Assembly: GCA_963823655.1 (NCBI GenBank)
Contig: CAWGMK010000012.1
Span: 1 to 64,000, forward strand
Direction: 5' to 3'
Length of the DNA stretch: 64,000 nucleotides
From: an uncultured Bacillota bacterium
GTDB lineage: Bacteria > Bacillota > DTU025 > MWDF01
Shown: one piece after another, positions 41,596 to 52,013 of the stretch
How the letters are laid out: each line of letters opens with the position of its first letter
Position numbering within the stretch: the first letter of the stretch is position 1
Position numbers and translations under genes: made by a program
The notes under the pieces: model-generated
The model's input: only the letters and a program-made list of their open reading frames with translations
What the model was told of the DNA's origin: nothing
Database searches by the model: none

Positions 41596-42368
41596 GTCAC
41601 AGCTGGTTACACAGACCAAATATTCGGACTGACTCATTTATTAGGATTTAAATTTGCCCCAAGAATAAGGGATTTATCAGACTCGAAATTATTTACAATA
41701 GATAAAGCAAGTGAATATCCAAAATTAGAAGCCATTTTACGTGGACAAATAAATACAAAGGTCATTAAAGAAAATTATCAGGATGTTTTGCGATTAGCTC
41801 ATTCTATAAAGGAAGGAAAAGTTTCAGCATCCCTTATTATGGGGAAACTAGGTTCTTATTCAAGACAAAACAGCTTGGCTACAGCCTTACGTGAGATGGG
41901 CCGAATAGAAAAAACGATCTTTATTTTGAATTATATTTCGGATGAATCATTAAGAAGAAAAATACAAAAAGGATTGAATAAAGGAGAAGCCATGAATGGA
42001 CTGGCAAGAGCTATTTTCTTCGGAAAACAAGGAGAGCTTAGGGAACGAACCATACAGCATCAATTGCAAAGAGCCAGTGCTTTAAACATAATTATCAATG
42101 CCATTAGTGTCTGGAATACCCTACATCTGACAAAAGCAGTTGAATACCAAAAAGGTTTAGGTAGTTTTAATGTAGATTTGTTGCATCATATGTCTCCTTT
42201 AGGCTGGGAGCATATCAATTTGCTAGGAGAGTACCGTTTTAATTCTGAAAAAATGGTTGTGTTAGATTCTCTAAGACCACTAAAACTTTCTTAACGTTGT
42301 TAAAACTGGGGTAATCGTCTTGAAAATAGGCTTAGCGTTGTAAATCCGCATTTTCCTGACGGTACCCC
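41596..42368 (+). mobile_element. tnpA: Tn3-family (Tn1546-like) remnant: longer tnpA 3' part plus 38-bp IR
   Basis: TAGYTDQIFGLTHLLGFKFAPRIRDL..ALREMGRIEKT; IR 42331-42368; near-identical to 35401-35829. Confidence 0.9.
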
Positions 42369-42750
42369 AAAATCAGCTCTTTTTACTCACGCTCCTTGTT
42401 CTTTTATGCGCCAGTTATAGCTTACTTATGTAATACTATTTTCAAGCAAAAAAAGGAAACCGAAATTGGCTGCCCTTTTTCATTGTTTAACTAACACCGA
42501 TTAAAAATAACTATCCCGATTTGGATTTCTTTCCTGCCGTTGCAGACTTTTAACGAGAACGTAACGTTTAACCCCTCGCAGCAGCCGGATTACGCGTGAT
42601 ATTCTATCCATCCGCGTAAAAGGGAATTTTATTGCGGCAGCTGTCTTGTTGACTTCACAACCTCATTAAATGGTTTGAATAATAGGGGAACCGCTTCTTA
42701 TCGGCCAGTCCGATGATGAAGCGGTTTTTGTTTTACTGCACCGGATTTAG

Positions 42751-42816
42751 GATGTCTAAATTGTGCTATTCGATGACCTGATAATCAAGGTGGAACACTT
42801 AACTATACGATATAAT
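42751..42816 (+). promoter_or_regulatory. conserved upstream box plus -10, shared with 47222
   Basis: GATGTCTAAATTGTGCTA..ATGAC..AATCAAGG then TATAAT at 42811. Confidence 0.6.
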
Positions 42817-42862
42817 CTGTAATTAATAGAGCTTCGAACTTTGAAAAGACTGGGAGTGCAGT

Positions 42863-44398
42863 ATGATAAAATATACGAATCCGGTAATTCCGGGATTTTA
42901 TCCCGACCCAAGCATCTGCCGTGTGAAGGATGATTATTATTTGGTGACAAGCTCTTTTGCATATTCTCCTGGCGTCCCCATTTTTCACAGCAAGGATCTT
43001 GTCCATTGGCGCCAGATCGGACATTGTCTTACCACCGAGCAGCAGTTGCCGCTAGGGAACGGTTGGCTCTCGGGAGGGATTTACGCTCCGACGATCCGGC
43101 ATCACGACGGCTGGTTCTATATGGTGACGACGAATGTGAGCGGGGGAGGCAACTTCTTTGTTCGCAGCAAGCAGCCGGACGGTCCTTGGTCAGAGCCCAT
43201 ACCTGTCGCGCAGGAAGGCATCGATCCTTCCCTGTTGTTCGATGAGGACGGCAGGGTATACTTTCAATCCACTTGTTCTGGCGATGAAGGCTATGGCATT
43301 TATCAATGCGAGATCGACATTTCTAGCGGAAGCCTGCTGACCGGGAGTCGTCTGATCTCGAAGGGCACAGGGGCGGCGCATCCGGAAGCGCCCCATCTAT
43401 ACAAGATCAACGGACTTTACTATTTGTTAATTGCCGAAGGCGGGACAGAATACGGCCATATGGTGACAATATCGAGAAGCAGCTCTCCCTATGGACCTTA
43501 TGAATTATGTCCCCATAATCCGATCTTGTCCCACCGAAGCTTGAGCAGCAGCATCCATGCAACCGGACACGCAGATCTGGTACAGGCGCATGACGGGAGC
43601 TGGTGGGCGGTTTTCTTGGGCATCAGACCAGTCTCCTATCCCTACCGGCATCATTTGGGAAGAGAGACGTTTCTGGCGCCCGTGTCATGGACGGCTGACG
43701 GTTGGCCGGTTATTGGCAATGGGGGACGTGTGGAAGCCATCATGGAGGCGCCCCAGTTGCCTGCATTCCGGTGGCCGACGAAGGGGGTCAGAGATGATTT
43801 TCTGGATGCAACGCTAGGCTTCGAATGGGTGTTCCTGCGGAATCCGGATCCGGCAAGCCGGTCGCTGCACGAAAAATCGGGGCATCTTGTGTTGCGCGGA
43901 ACCAAGACGTCGCTCAATGACTCCGGCGCCCCCGCATTTGTGGGCCGTCGTCTGTGCCATATGTCATGCAATATTGCCGCGGCATTGGATTTCGAGCCGG
44001 TCATCGAAGGCGAGGAAGCCGGAATTACCATATTTATGAACGATAATTATCATTATGATCTGGCAATAAAGCTCAAAGAAGGACGCAGGGTGGTCGTCTT
44101 CCGTCGAACCGTAGGATCATTGAGGACGGAGAGCACGCTGGAATGCGCAGCAGGTCCGATCGTGTTGAAGATTAAGGCTCAACCGGAATGGTTTACTTTC
44201 GCCATTCAGCAGGATCTATCGAATGTCATAGAAATTGGCTCCGGCGAAACGCATCTGCTCTCAACAGAGGTAGCAGGCGGCTTTACGGGAGTAATCATTG
44301 CAATGTATGCAGTCTGCGAGACGGGGCAGGGTTCGCCTGCGCACTTTGATTGGTTCGATTATGAGCCATTGGTTGAAAAATTTCTTTTGGAGGCTTGA
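42863..44398 (+). CDS. GH43 beta-xylosidase/arabinofuranosidase
   Basis: NPVIPGFYPDPSI, YAPTIR, IDPSL, EAPHLY, GHADLV, GRETFL; C-terminal beta-sandwich. Confidence 0.92.
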   Translation: MIKYTNPVIPGFYPDPSICRVKDDYYLVTSSFAYSPGVPIFHSKDLVHWRQIGHCLTTEQQLPLGNGWLSGGIYAPTIRHHDGWFYMVTTNVSGGGNFFVRSKQPDGPWSEPIPVAQEGIDPSLLFDEDGRVYFQSTCSGDEGYGIYQCEIDISSGSLLTGSRLISKGTGAAHPEAPHLYKINGLYYLLIAEGGTEYGHMVTISRSSSPYGPYELCPHNPILSHRSLSSSIHATGHADLVQAHDGSWWAVFLGIRPVSYPYRHHLGRETFLAPVSWTADGWPVIGNGGRVEAIMEAPQLPAFRWPTKGVRDDFLDATLGFEWVFLRNPDPASRSLHEKSGHLVLRGTKTSLNDSGAPAFVGRRLCHMSCNIAAALDFEPVIEGEEAGITIFMNDNYHYDLAIKLKEGRRVVVFRRTVGSLRTESTLECAAGPIVLKIKAQPEWFTFAIQQDLSNVIEIGSGETHLLSTEVAGGFTGVIIAMYAVCETGQGSPAHFDWFDYEPLVEKFLLEA

Positions 44399-47205
44399 GG
44401 ACATTGAAGACGAATATAGAAGTATTGCCGTTTCAAAATCCCGAACTACCGATCCGAGACCGCGTCGCCGATCTCGTGTCCCGGTTTACCTTGGAGGAGA
44501 AAATCGGGCTCATGCCCCAATATCAAACCGCAGTTGAACGACTGGGGGTAAAACCTTACAAGCATGGTACGGAAGCTGCTCACGGGATCGCATGGCTCGG
44601 GGAGGCGACATCCTTCCCGCAACCGATCGGTCTTGGCTGTACGTGGAACCCGGAGTTGTTGGAGCGTATCGGATCCGCAATCGGCGACGAGGCCAGAGTA
44701 TTTTATCAGCGTGATCCTGCGCGCAACGGGTTGACGTTATGGGCGCCGACCGTCGATATGGAGCGGGATCCGCTGTGGGGCAGGACAGAGGAGGCGTACG
44801 GTGAGGATCCGCACTTGACGGGCGAGCTCACCACCGGTCTCGTCAAGGGAATTCAGGGGCCGCATCCCGTTTACCGTAAAGCCATCGCGACATTGAAACA
44901 TTTCCTTGGCAACAACAACGAGAAGGATCGTTGCCGTTGCTCCGCCAGCATCGATCCGCGCAATATGAGGGAGTATTATTTGAAAGCGTTCGAGCCTGCC
45001 TTCCGCAAGGGAGGGGCGCTTTCCATGATGACGGCGTATAATTCCATCAACGGTACGCCTGCCATTCTCCATCCCGATGTGAATCAGGTGGTCAAAGGGG
45101 AGTGGGAGATGGATGGCTTTATCGTCAGCGATGCCGGTGACATGATCGGACTCGTGAAGGATCACCATTATTTCGAGACCTATAAAGAAGCCGTTGCGGC
45201 GTCGGTCAAGAGCGGGATTGACAGTATTACGGACGAAACCGACATGACTTGCGCGGCCATACGGGAGGCGCTCTCCGAAGGTCTGTTGGAGGAGGGCGAC
45301 TTGAACAGGGCTTTGACCAACACATTCCGGGTGCGGTTCCTGCTTGGCGAGTTCGATCCAGACGAATGCAATCCGTATGCAGGCTTGCCTGATGACACGG
45401 TCTGCAAGCCGGAGCATGCAGCCCTTTCCCTGGAAGCGGCCCGGGAGTCCATCGTTCTGCTCAAGAATGAGCGTCAGATGCTTCCCCTTGACAGTAACGC
45501 CGTGCAACGGGTCGCCGTAATCGGACCGCTCGGCGATGTGGTATTCCGCGATGGGTATTCCGGCACCTGTCCATATAAAGTCACTCCGCTGCAAGGCATT
45601 CGGGCCAAAATGAAAGAGGGTTCCGTTGTTCATGTGAACGGAAGCGACCGTGTGCGCCTCCGTGCCGTTACGGGAAAATATGTGGGGGTTTCATCGGATC
45701 CGGCGGAGAACAGCGCATTGAAAGCGGACCGGTTGGATGCAGGCTCGGCTGAGACGTTCCAGCTGGCAGACTGGGGCTTCGGAAGTGTGACACTCCAGGC
45801 TCTCTCCAACGGCAAATTCGTTACGACCGATGACGTAACTGTAACTGCGTCGGCAGATGAAGTTTACGGATGGTACGTCAAAGAAGAATTTCGTCCGGTC
45901 GGGGGGCCGGATGGCACGATGTTGCTCACAGCATGGAACGGAAGTCCCGTTTCACTTCCAGGCGAAGAAGCAGGTTGTTTCCGTATGGAGGTCATAACCG
46001 ACGGGCTGCAGGAAGCGATTGCAGCAGCTGAAGCATCGGAGGTTGCGGTTGTAGTTGTCGGGAACAACCCGCTGATCAACGGGAGGGAGACGAGTGACAG
46101 ACCGGACCTAACATTGGCCGACTCTCAGGAGAAGCTCATACAAGAAGTAAGCCGGGTGAATCCCAACACGATCGTTGTTGTCATCGGAAGTTATCCGTTT
46201 GCCATCAATGGGGTCGAAGAGAAGATTCCGGCTGTCCTATATTTGTCACATGCGGGGCAAGAGCTGGGGAACGCCTTGGCGGATGTATTGTTCGGCGATT
46301 ATAACCCGGCGGGTCGTTTGAATATGACCTGGTATCGATCCACAGATCAGCTTCCGGATATCATGGATTATGATATTCGGAAGGGGAAGCGCACCTATCA
46401 ATATTATGACGGCCAACCGCTGTACCCGTTCGGTTATGGATTGTCTTATACAACCTTCCGATATGATGGATTGAAAGCAACCCCGGAACGTGTCGGTTCG
46501 GGAATGGAACTCTCGGTCTGTGTGCAGATTGAGAATACAGGGGGCAGGGGCGGAGACGAGGTCGTTCAGCTGTACGTGCGGGCAGATTCCTCCCGTGTCC
46601 AAAGGCCGCTCAAAGAACTGAAGGGGTTCCGGCGCATCTATCTGGCTCCCTGCGAAAAGCGGATGATCAACTTTACGCTGCCGACATCCGATCTGGCATT
46701 CTGGGATGTGACCAGGGACGCTTATTGCCTTGAGTCCGGCACCTATACGTTTATAATCGGCGGTTCGTCCCAGGATGTCCGTCTGGAGACGAAGCTGGTG
46801 ATTGAAGGCGATACCGTGCCTCTTCGCGATTTGACGAAGATGACCCAAGCGATAAACTATGATGATTACGAGGGCGTCTATCTGGACGAATGCAAGGAAG
46901 AAGGATATGGTGTCAGGTTGTCGGGCGGGTCCGGCTGGCTGCGCTTCGATGACGTAGATTTCCGCGCCGGAATCGGCGGCTTCGAGGCCCGCTGTTCGTC
47001 TCCCAAGAGCGGCGGCAGAATAGAACTCAGACTGGATGCAGCGGACGGCCCGCTTCTCGGAACGTGTCACATTCCTGAGACCGGCGGGTTGCAAGTGTGG
47101 GAGACATTCGCCTGTAAGACGGACGTGGTTCAGGCAACCTGCTCGGTCTACCTGTGCCTGAATGGGGATATCGGCTTGAGCAGCTTCCGCTTTACCGTAA
47201 ATTGA
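44395..47205 (+). CDS. GH3 beta-xylosidase/glucosidase with Fn3 and CBM6-like domains
   Basis: RDPLWGRTEEAYGEDP, KHF, FIVSD, ESIVLLKN, YPFGYGLSYT. Confidence 0.92.
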   Translation: MRTLKTNIEVLPFQNPELPIRDRVADLVSRFTLEEKIGLMPQYQTAVERLGVKPYKHGTEAAHGIAWLGEATSFPQPIGLGCTWNPELLERIGSAIGDEARVFYQRDPARNGLTLWAPTVDMERDPLWGRTEEAYGEDPHLTGELTTGLVKGIQGPHPVYRKAIATLKHFLGNNNEKDRCRCSASIDPRNMREYYLKAFEPAFRKGGALSMMTAYNSINGTPAILHPDVNQVVKGEWEMDGFIVSDAGDMIGLVKDHHYFETYKEAVAASVKSGIDSITDETDMTCAAIREALSEGLLEEGDLNRALTNTFRVRFLLGEFDPDECNPYAGLPDDTVCKPEHAALSLEAARESIVLLKNERQMLPLDSNAVQRVAVIGPLGDVVFRDGYSGTCPYKVTPLQGIRAKMKEGSVVHVNGSDRVRLRAVTGKYVGVSSDPAENSALKADRLDAGSAETFQLADWGFGSVTLQALSNGKFVTTDDVTVTASADEVYGWYVKEEFRPVGGPDGTMLLTAWNGSPVSLPGEEAGCFRMEVITDGLQEAIAAAEASEVAVVVVGNNPLINGRETSDRPDLTLADSQEKLIQEVSRVNPNTIVVVIGSYPFAINGVEEKIPAVLYLSHAGQELGNALADVLFGDYNPAGRLNMTWYRSTDQLPDIMDYDIRKGKRTYQYYDGQPLYPFGYGLSYTTFRYDGLKATPERVGSGMELSVCVQIENTGGRGGDEVVQLYVRADSSRVQRPLKELKGFRRIYLAPCEKRMINFTLPTSDLAFWDVTRDAYCLESGTYTFIIGGSSQDVRLETKLVIEGDTVPLRDLTKMTQAINYDDYEGVYLDECKEEGYGVRLSGGSGWLRFDDVDFRAGIGGFEARCSSPKSGGRIELRLDAADGPLLGTCHIPETGGLQVWETFACKTDVVQATCSVYLCLNGDIGLSSFRFTVN

Positions 47206-47221
47206 AGAAATTATGAAAAAA

Positions 47222-47286
47222 GATGTCTAAATCGTGCTACTTTTATGACTTAAAAATCAAGGTTCTGTGGTTTAGTATGGTATATT
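47222..47286 (+). promoter_or_regulatory. conserved upstream box plus extended -10
   Basis: GATGTCTAAATCGTGCTA..ATGAC..AATCAAGG then TGGTATATT. Confidence 0.6.
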
Positions 47287-47519
47287 ATTGCATTAGATGA
47301 ATAGCACCAAGAAAACGGGAGTGTGAGTGGATTTATTTGCAAAGTGAAGAAGGGAAGGGGGCTTAGCATGCAGGTCGACTCATTGACCATGAACTTCGCC
47401 TCCCATAAAGTAAGCGGTTGCAAGTTGAGGGGCACCAACTATGGAGGATTTCGTTACAATTAATACAAAATCAATGTGGGGGTTGTTAAGATGCTAAATC
47501 AGTCAAACGGGGGAGTAAA

Positions 47520-48476
47520 ATGAAGGCGGAACTGTACGATCAGACATATACCTCAGTAGCGAAGAAGCCGTTTCGGTTTAACGACAGGTATAAGTTATTC
47601 CTCATGGCGTTTCCTTTTCTTGCGCTTGTCTTTTTGTTCTCTTATTTGCCGCTGTACGGATGGATCTATGCCTTTTACGACTACAGGCCCGGCATACCGC
47701 TTTCCAAGACCGAGTTTATAGGCCTGCGCTGGTTTACGGCGATGGTGTCGAATCCGATACAGATTCAAGAAATCCTCAGGGTCTTACGAAACACGTTCGC
47801 AATGAGCGGACTTGGCATGCTTACATCGGTTCTGCCGGTCATCTTCGCGATTTTCCTGACGGAAATAAAGAACGCACCTTTTAAGAGAATCGTGCAGACG
47901 CTTACAACGCTTCCGAACTTTATCAGTTGGGTATTAGTATACTCCTTCGCCTTCATGTTGTTTTCTGTTGACAACGGCTTCCTGAACAATTTACTCAGGA
48001 GCATGGATCTGATAGATAAGCCGCTGAATGTGCTGGCATCGAGCAACCATATTTGGCTAACCATGACATCGTGGGGAATATGGAAAGGACTTGGCTGGGG
48101 TGCAATCTTGTACATTGCTGCGATTACTGGAATCGATCAGGAATTGTACGAGGCGGCGAAAGTGGACGGGGCAAACCGGTACCAGTTGATGTGGCATGTG
48201 ACGGTTCCCGGGATTATACCGACATACTTCGTGCTGCTCATCTTGGGGATCGGAAATTTCATCAATAGTGGATTTGAGCAATATTTTATGTTCATGAACG
48301 CGATTAACATGAGTCATATCGAGGTGCTTGATGTCTACGTATACAATGTAGGGGTGGCGAACTCCAACTTCGGGTTCGCGACAGCGATTAGTATTCTGAA
48401 ATCGATTGTCAGCCTGATCTTACTGTTTGCAGCCAACAGCCTGTCCAAGCTGGTTCGCGGCGAAAGCGTCATCTGA
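47520..48476 (+). CDS. carbohydrate ABC transporter permease (LplB-like)
   Basis: LYEAAKVDGA EAA motif, LPNFISWV. Confidence 0.92.
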   Translation: MKAELYDQTYTSVAKKPFRFNDRYKLFLMAFPFLALVFLFSYLPLYGWIYAFYDYRPGIPLSKTEFIGLRWFTAMVSNPIQIQEILRVLRNTFAMSGLGMLTSVLPVIFAIFLTEIKNAPFKRIVQTLTTLPNFISWVLVYSFAFMLFSVDNGFLNNLLRSMDLIDKPLNVLASSNHIWLTMTSWGIWKGLGWGAILYIAAITGIDQELYEAAKVDGANRYQLMWHVTVPGIIPTYFVLLILGIGNFINSGFEQYFMFMNAINMSHIEVLDVYVYNVGVANSNFGFATAISILKSIVSLILLFAANSLSKLVRGESVI

Positions 48477-48491
48477 GGAAGGAGAGCCGAC

Positions 48492-49379
48492 ATGTGGAAG
48501 AATAAGATTACAATGTTTGACGTGCTTAACTATACGTTTTTTGCCTTATTTACTTTTGCTTGCTTCTTTCCGTTCTATTATTTATTTATCAATACAATCA
48601 GCAGTAACGACTTAAGCAGTAAAGGACTTATCTTGTTCTACCCCAAAGGATTTCATTTGTCCAACTATACACAAGTGTTCAATATTCCCGGACTGGCCAC
48701 CGCAACGTTCATATCCGTTGCCCGCACTGTGATCGGCACGGTGCTTACCGTAGCAGCATCGGGTTTTCTCGGCTACTTGTTTTCGAAACCCCAAATGTGG
48801 GGGCGGAAATTCTGGTACCGATTCCTCGTTGTCACGATGTATTTTAATGCGGGTTTGATTCCCTGGTTTCTGGTCATGCGTAATCTCGGCATGACCAACA
48901 ATTTCTTAGCCTATGTGGTACCCGGCATTGTCGCTCCGTTTTTTATCATCCTTGTTAAAACGTTCATCGAATCGACGCCGATCGCTCTGCAGGAATCGGC
49001 GCAAATCGACGGAGCCGGCATCTTCACGATCTTCAGTAAGATCGTCATGCCTTTGGTCGTACCTGTTCTCGCAACGATTGCCATCTTCACGGCCATCGGC
49101 CAGTGGAACTCGTTCCAGGACACGTTGTTCCTGGTCACGAAATCGAAGCTGTTTACGCTGCAATTTCTCCTGTACCGCTATTTAAACGCTGCGACATCGC
49201 TGGCAAATGTGATGAAATCCACCGGAGGAGCTCTCACTAATGATATGGCCAATGTGCAGACGGCTACTTCCATTCGGACGACGGTTTCGATGATTGTTGT
49301 CCTCCCGATATTGCTTGTCTATCCGTTCTTCCAACGATTCTTTGTCAAGGGCATGATGGTCGGTGCCGTGAAGGGGTAA
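48492..49379 (+). CDS. carbohydrate ABC transporter permease (LplC-like)
   Basis: ESAQIDGA, YPFFQRFFVKGMMVGAVKG. Confidence 0.92.
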   Translation: MWKNKITMFDVLNYTFFALFTFACFFPFYYLFINTISSNDLSSKGLILFYPKGFHLSNYTQVFNIPGLATATFISVARTVIGTVLTVAASGFLGYLFSKPQMWGRKFWYRFLVVTMYFNAGLIPWFLVMRNLGMTNNFLAYVVPGIVAPFFIILVKTFIESTPIALQESAQIDGAGIFTIFSKIVMPLVVPVLATIAIFTAIGQWNSFQDTLFLVTKSKLFTLQFLLYRYLNAATSLANVMKSTGGALTNDMANVQTATSIRTTVSMIVVLPILLVYPFFQRFFVKGMMVGAVKG

Positions 49380-49509
49380 ATGGAAGGTCTGTTAAGGAGG
49401 TGATGCAAGCCTGTAGGTAGATATGTCAAATGTGCGTCAGCATTATTTTCTTGGCAGCAATGAAAGTGAAGGTTTTGGCAGGTACATAACAAGGAGGGGT
49501 ATTAGACAC

Positions 49510-51255
49510 ATGACAAAAAGAAAAACATGGACAGCGGCAGCTGTCTTGATGAGCGCCATGCTTGTACTTACGTCCGCTTGCAGCAGTTCCAAGGGAGGCA
49601 GCCCGTCAAGCAGCCCGTCAAGCAGCGCGGCAGTTGAAGCAATTACCGATTTTGCGAAGCAACCGGAAATCACGCTGGATGTATTCTCGAACCTGGCCAA
49701 CTTTGAGGGGAATCAGCCGGGTTGGTTTGCAAAGCTGGTCAAAGATAAATTTAATATCAAATTAAACATTATCTCCGGCGGGCAGTCAAAGTTGAATACG
49801 TTGATGGCCGCAGGAGATTTAGGGGACATCGCTGTTGCGGTCAACTACGATGATCCCCTCAAAGCCGGTTTGCTGCTGGATTGGAAGAAAAACGGTCTGC
49901 TTGACAAATACGGCAAAGATATTCTGAAATATGCAGGCAAGTCCCTCGAAGCCAACAACAAGCAATACGGCGGCGGTACGGCGATTTACGGAGTTGGAAA
50001 TAATATAGGCAGCGGCAACGGCCCGAGTGAAGGCTCCGATATGACGTTCGGTCCGATGCTTCGTTGGGACTTGTACCAGAAACTGGGGAATCCGGAAATC
50101 AAGACGCTGGAAGACTATCTGCCCCTCCTTAAAAAAATGCAGGAGCTCAGTCCGAAGAGCGACTCCGGAAAGCCTGTGTATGGGTTTTCGCTGTGGTCTG
50201 ATTGGGACAGTAATATGGCTTTGAACTCGAAGGTTATGGGCCAATTTTATGGCTATAATGAAGGGGATGGCTTCAATACGGCTGATTTGATGATGACGAA
50301 AGCCAATGAAGCGAAATGGCAGGGTGTTCTCGACGACAACAGCTACTACCTGAGAGGCTTGAAGTTCTTCTATGAGGCGAATAAGATGGGGCTGCTTGAT
50401 CCGGATTCTTTGACCCAGAAGTTTCCAGATGTGCTCAATAAGTACAAAGACGGACAAGTTCTCTTCGCGCAATTCCCTTGGCTTGTCGGTAACTACAACA
50501 GCCCGGAGCACACCAATGATGGCAAAGGCTTCGCGTTCGTGCCATTCGCCGAAGAGCAAATGGCTTCTGTCGGATTTAATCCTTATGGCGGCCAATGGAA
50601 TTGGACCATTGGCGCGAAGACCAAATATCCGGAGCGCGCAATGCAATTAATAAACTGGCTGTGCTCGCCGGAGGGCATTCAGGAAGCCATGTTGGGTCCG
50701 AAGGGCTTAATTTGGGATATCAAGGATGGCAAGCCGACCCTCACCGATTTCGGTTACAAAGCGGTCGTCAACGAGGTCAATATGCCTGAAGAATACGGCG
50801 GCGGGTTGTTCAAGGACGGAACAAACCAAATCAATAACGCAACGATCTCAAAGTCCATGATCAATCCGAATAGCGGGGAACCGTATGATTACACCATGTG
50901 GACCTCCTATCTGAACCACAATCCGGATCCGGTCACGAAGAGCTGGCGGGAAACGATGGGTGCGCTGACGATGCACGACTACGTTGTCAAGAACAACAAA
51001 GTGGCCGTACAACCTGCGTACTTGAGCGAACAAGCTGCGGTGCCGGAATCATCCGATGTCAAGCAGAAGAAAGCTGAGGTAGGCAAGGTCATTAAGGAAT
51101 ACTCCTGGAAGATAATATTTGCGAAGAGCGATAGTGAGTATGACTCTCTGAAGCAGCAAATGATCTCGAAGGCCAAAGGCCTTGGCTATGACGAAGTTAT
51201 TAAGTGGCAAGTCGGGAATTATGAAAAAACGGTCGGTGCGGCTTTGAAAAAGTAA
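49510..51255 (+). CDS. carbohydrate ABC transporter solute-binding lipoprotein
   Basis: AAGGAGG RBS, lipobox TSAC, extracellular solute-binding family 1 pattern. Confidence 0.88.
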   Translation: MTKRKTWTAAAVLMSAMLVLTSACSSSKGGSPSSSPSSSAAVEAITDFAKQPEITLDVFSNLANFEGNQPGWFAKLVKDKFNIKLNIISGGQSKLNTLMAAGDLGDIAVAVNYDDPLKAGLLLDWKKNGLLDKYGKDILKYAGKSLEANNKQYGGGTAIYGVGNNIGSGNGPSEGSDMTFGPMLRWDLYQKLGNPEIKTLEDYLPLLKKMQELSPKSDSGKPVYGFSLWSDWDSNMALNSKVMGQFYGYNEGDGFNTADLMMTKANEAKWQGVLDDNSYYLRGLKFFYEANKMGLLDPDSLTQKFPDVLNKYKDGQVLFAQFPWLVGNYNSPEHTNDGKGFAFVPFAEEQMASVGFNPYGGQWNWTIGAKTKYPERAMQLINWLCSPEGIQEAMLGPKGLIWDIKDGKPTLTDFGYKAVVNEVNMPEEYGGGLFKDGTNQINNATISKSMINPNSGEPYDYTMWTSYLNHNPDPVTKSWRETMGALTMHDYVVKNNKVAVQPAYLSEQAAVPESSDVKQKKAEVGKVIKEYSWKIIFAKSDSEYDSLKQQMISKAKGLGYDEVIKWQVGNYEKTVGAALKK

Positions 51256-51280
51256 TCCCATATAAATGATTGTCCTTGCG

Positions 51281-51326
51281 AAAAAACCGCCCCTCCTCCT
51301 GGTATGGAAAGGGGCGGTTTTTTTGT
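51281..51326 (+). terminator. intrinsic terminator
   Basis: AAAAAACCGCCCCT..AGGGGCGGTTTTTT. Confidence 0.85.
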
Positions 51327-51335
51327 TATATAAGA

Positions 51336-51905
51336 AAACCCCCAGTTCGACTGGGGGTTCCAGAAAGTTTATAGCTATGAGTGTTCATCCCTTGAACTTA
51401 ATGATAAGGTGGAAGCCGGTCTGCCAACCGCTACCATCAATCATGGATAAAGTCGGTGCTTTATGTTTTACGGTACATCCTTCCCTCACCCAAAATAGCC
51501 TCGATAAGTTATCAGGAGAATAGAAGAGAGCAGAGCCGGCAGGGTCCAGTTATCGGAGAAAAGAACAATTCTGTATGAAATATCATATAGAATTGCGCTC
51601 GTTACTTCAATTTGTGCCATTGTGTATGAATTTTCATACAGAATTATGGAATTTAACGCATGAGGGATATTTCTGTATGATTTTTCGACTTCATCCTACA
51701 GATCATGGATGGCTAACAATGAAAGAGCTGATCGACCCGTTTACGGGTGAGTCGGTGAAAAAGGGCAGGTAAAGGGGCCCCTTTTCAGGGGCTGGCCCGA
51801 GGAACCCACGCGGTTGGCAGATTTTCAATGCGCCTTTGAGGCGCGTGCTTGTACCATGCCCTTATAGGGCTGAAGGAAGCCACCGGCTAAGCCGGTGGTT
51901 ATGAC
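51336..51905 (+). mobile_element. IS200/IS605-family remnant with most of tnpA missing
   Basis: Left hairpin AACCCCCAGT..ACTGGGGGTT; TnpA-like C-terminus LTMKELIDPFTGESVKKGR; right hairpin CCACCGGCTAAGCCGGTGG-TTATGAC. Confidence 0.65.
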
Positions 51906-52013
51906 GTGCGCCTCACAGTCTCACAATCTAAGTGGTTCAAATCCACTCGGTAAGCAGCGTAATAGCGAAATTATTGAACAGGTGGTAGAAGTCCCTGAAA
52001 GTAAGGAAAACAT

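Noticed and set aside
44737-50646. Long minus-strand ORFs 44737-45633, 46246-47094 and 49819-50646
   Set aside because: Antisense shadows of well-supported GH3 and solute-binding protein genes.
51906-51955. GTGCGCC after the IS200 hairpin as another intron start, or a tRNA gene at 51915-51955
   Set aside because: No RT or domain V follows; only a T-arm-like hairpin without a full cloverleaf.
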